In this document: positions 61,630 to 64,000 of the stretch, piece by piece | Layout: every line of letters begins with the position of its first letter | Numbering within the stretch: position 1 is the first letter of the stretch | Origin: Candidatus Eiseniibacteriota bacterium | GTDB lineage: Bacteria > Eisenbacteria > RBG-16-71-46 > CAIMUX01 > VGJL01 | Direction: 5' to 3' | Length of the DNA stretch: 64,000 nucleotides | Assembly: GCA_041946735.1 (NCBI GenBank) | Contig: JBHGAY010000014.1 | Location: forward strand, 1-64,000 | Position numbers and translations under genes: made by a program | The notes under the pieces: model-generated | Seen by the model: the letters and a program-made list of their open reading frames with translations, nothing else | The model's database searches: none | What the model was told of the DNA's origin: nothing

Positions 61630-62849
61630 TGCGATTCTGGCTTCTCCTGCGCGTCGCGCTTCGGGCGATCGCGCGCAACAAGCTCCGCTCCTCCCTGACC
61701 GTGCTGGGGATCATCATCGGCGTCGCCGCGGTGATCGCAATGGTCGCGATCGGCGAGGGGGCCTCGTCGATGGTGAAGTCGCAGATCGCGAGCCTCGGGG
61801 ACAATTTGATCAACATCTTCCCCGGATCGATGACAGGACCGGGCGGACGGCGAGGCGGAGCCGGCTCTGCATCGAGCCTGACCGAAGACGACGCCAAGGC
61901 GATCGCCGAGCAGGTCGATCTCGTGAAGGCGGTGAGTCCTGTCGCGAACTCCGGCGGGCAGATCGTCTACGGCAATCAGAACTGGGCGACGAGCATCGCG
62001 GGCGGCGGGGTCGACTACCTGCAGATCCGCAGCTGGGGCCTCTCGGAGGGGAGCAACTTCTCCGAATCCGCTGTGCGCGGCGGCGCGAAGGTCGCCATCC
62101 TCGGCCAGACCGTCGTGACGAATCTCTTCGGGACGGAGGATCCGATCGGCAAGACGATCCGGATCTCGAAGATGCCGTTTACCGTGATCGGCGTCCTCGA
62201 GGCGAAGGGACAGAACAGCTGGGGGCGGGACCAGGACGACGTGATCGTCGTCCCGTACACGACCGTGATGAAGAAGCTCTCCGGAGCGACGAAGCTGTCG
62301 ATGATCCTCGCGTCGTCGACGTCGATGGAGGAGATGCCGCAGGCGGTCGAGGAGATCACGCAGCTGCTGCGGCAGCGACACCGGCTCCCACCCGGCGAGG
62401 ACGACGACTTCACCGTCCGCACGCAGCAGGACATCTCCGACATTGCCGGCTCCACGGCGCGCGTAATGCGCGTGCTGCTGGCCGCGATCGCCTCGGTCTC
62501 GCTCCTGGTCGGCGGAATCGGGATCATGAACATCATGCTGGTTTCGGTGACGGAGCGGACGCGCGAGATCGGAATCCGGATGGCGGTGGGCGCCAAGGGA
62601 TGGCACGTGCTGGTGCAGTTCCTCTCCGAGTCGGTCGTGCTGGCCTGCTTCGGAGGGCTTCTCGGGATCGCCGTCGGGTTCACGGCCGCGCGGCTCGTCG
62701 CCCGCTTCGCGCGCTGGCCGATCCTGATCTCGCCCGAGGCGGTCGCGCTCGCGTTCCTCTTCGCCGCGGCGATCGGGGTCTTCTTCGGCTTCTGGCCGGC
62801 GAGGAAGGCCTCGCGCCTCGATCCGATCGAGGCGCTGCGCTACGAGTAG
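61626..62849 (+). CDS. ABC permease (MacB/FtsX-type)
   Basis: RSSLTVLGIIIGV, VGGIGIMNIMLVSVTERTREIG and DPIEALRYE. Confidence 0.95.
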   Translation: MMRFWLLLRVALRAIARNKLRSSLTVLGIIIGVAAVIAMVAIGEGASSMVKSQIASLGDNLINIFPGSMTGPGGRRGGAGSASSLTEDDAKAIAEQVDLVKAVSPVANSGGQIVYGNQNWATSIAGGGVDYLQIRSWGLSEGSNFSESAVRGGAKVAILGQTVVTNLFGTEDPIGKTIRISKMPFTVIGVLEAKGQNSWGRDQDDVIVVPYTTVMKKLSGATKLSMILASSTSMEEMPQAVEEITQLLRQRHRLPPGEDDDFTVRTQQDISDIAGSTARVMRVLLAAIASVSLLVGGIGIMNIMLVSVTERTREIGIRMAVGAKGWHVLVQFLSESVVLACFGGLLGIAVGFTAARLVARFARWPILISPEAVALAFLFAAAIGVFFGFWPARKASRLDPIEALRYE

Positions 62850-62899
62850 CGCGCTGGCGGCGCGGCAGCGCGGCGGCGCGGCAGCGTCGCCGCCCGGCT

Positions 62900-63607
62900 T
62901 CAGGCCCTGGGCTTGCGGGCGATCGCCGCCACGTAGTCCCCGCGATCGTGCCCCGGGACCGGCTCCTGCACCAGGTCGTTCGAGTACTTCGGGTGCGTCA
63001 GGAGCGTTTGCAGCGTCTGAACGTCGACGAAGCCGGCCGCCTCGAGGCCCGCGAGGATCTCCTCCGTCGCCCGCCAGTTGGCCGCCCCAACGAACTCGAT
63101 CGGGTAGGGCTTCGCGGGGGCGATCTTCTTCAGCTGCGGATCGTCCCAAGAGCCGATGCGGGCGGCGAGCTGGTAGAGCATCCCATAGGAACCGGAGGCG
63201 GGAACGTCGGCGACGACGATCTTCCCGCCGGGACGAAGCACGCGGTTCGCCTCACGCAGGGCCTTGCCGAGATCGGCAAGGTACGCGGGGATGCCGTTCA
63301 GGAGCACCGTGTCGAAACGTCCGTCGGGATGGGGAATCGCCTCGGCCGAGCCCGAGACGACGTCGAGGCCGCGCTTGCGAGCGATCTCCGCCATCGGCTC
63401 GGCCGGCTCGACGCCGTGGCGGACGATGACTCCCGCCTCGCGGAGGATCGATTCGAAGAGCCCGCTGCCGCAGCCGACGCTCAACGCCTCCCCCGGGTCG
63501 CCCAAGGCGATCTGCACGAGGCGAACCTCGCTCGCGAGCACGTTGCGATTCTCGAGGAACCAGGCGTCGTAACGGTCCGCATACTGGTCGAACACGATTC
63601 CCGCCAT
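62900..63607 (-). CDS. Class I SAM-dependent methyltransferase
   Basis: FDQYADRYDAWF, LSVGCGSG and RVLRPGG. Confidence 0.9.
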   Translation of the reverse strand: MAGIVFDQYADRYDAWFLENRNVLASEVRLVQIALGDPGEALSVGCGSGLFESILREAGVIVRHGVEPAEPMAEIARKRGLDVVSGSAEAIPHPDGRFDTVLLNGIPAYLADLGKALREANRVLRPGGKIVVADVPASGSYGMLYQLAARIGSWDDPQLKKIAPAKPYPIEFVGAANWRATEEILAGLEAAGFVDVQTLQTLLTHPKYSNDLVQEPVPGHDRGDYVAAIARKPRA

Positions 63608-63883
63608 CCTTCGCTCACCTCCTGCCATCCGCTTCTGCGGCCGGCCGCTCGGGGACGATCGGGCGACCTCCGGCCTGGCGAAGACCGAGCATACACCGGG
63701 AAGCGCTGGACGGGAGCCGGGCGGGGCCGGGCCGGTAAGCACGCGGCTGAACACGCTTCCAGGCACGCCTCTGAGCACGCCTCTTGCGGCCGCGAGGGTC
63801 GTCCGTTACGAATTGACCATTGGTGCCGAGGGGCGCAAAGAGAGCTTCTCATTCCCCCGATCGAAGGAAGGAGGATACTCGCC

Positions 63884-64000
63884 GTGAAGTATCGACCTGT
63901 TCCCGGGATCGCGCGAAGTGTTCGCGCCCCGCTGGCAACTCTCGCCGTGTTCGGGATCGCTCTCCTGTTCGCCGGCCTGGGCTGCTCCGATGACAATGAA
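63884..64000 (+). CDS. Lipoprotein, N-terminal fragment (runs off the window)
   Basis: GGAGG RBS and GTG start. MKYRPVPGIARSVRAPLATLAVFGIALLFAGLGCSDDNE contains a lipobox. Confidence 0.65.
   Translation, partial: MKYRPVPGIARSVRAPLATLAVFGIALLFAGLGCSDDNE

Overview
High-GC bacterial chromosomal segment. The secreted Cys-rich and FlgD-Ig-tailed proteins suggest an FCB-related candidate phylum such as Ca. Eisenbacteria (inference). Housekeeping and transport content: a degenerate chemosensory/HD-GYP cluster, guaB, tRNA-CAT-tilS-hpt-ftsH-folP-cdaA, dinB-DUF72, a TPAT-type TRAP transporter, a GldA/F/G-like ABC system, rseP, glycosyltransferases, an OPT transporter, a WYL regulator, efp, an M1 aminopeptidase, modABC and a MacAB-like efflux system. 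The most unusual element is a non-coding array of 11-12 units with an exact 43-bp period (about 46224-46739). Each unit has two palindromic boxes (GAGAnTCTC and TTCAC-N4-GTGAA) separated by two 10-nt variable segments, and the array lies between two hairpins. Also notable: four secreted Cys-rich repeat proteins sharing a C-terminal [TS]WGx[IV]Kxx[YF]R signal, an EF-P with Asn at the loop tip, a 31-aa histone-H1-like peptide missing from the ORF track, and an HPRT with a degenerate active site. No CRISPR array, rRNA or recognisable mobile element was found.
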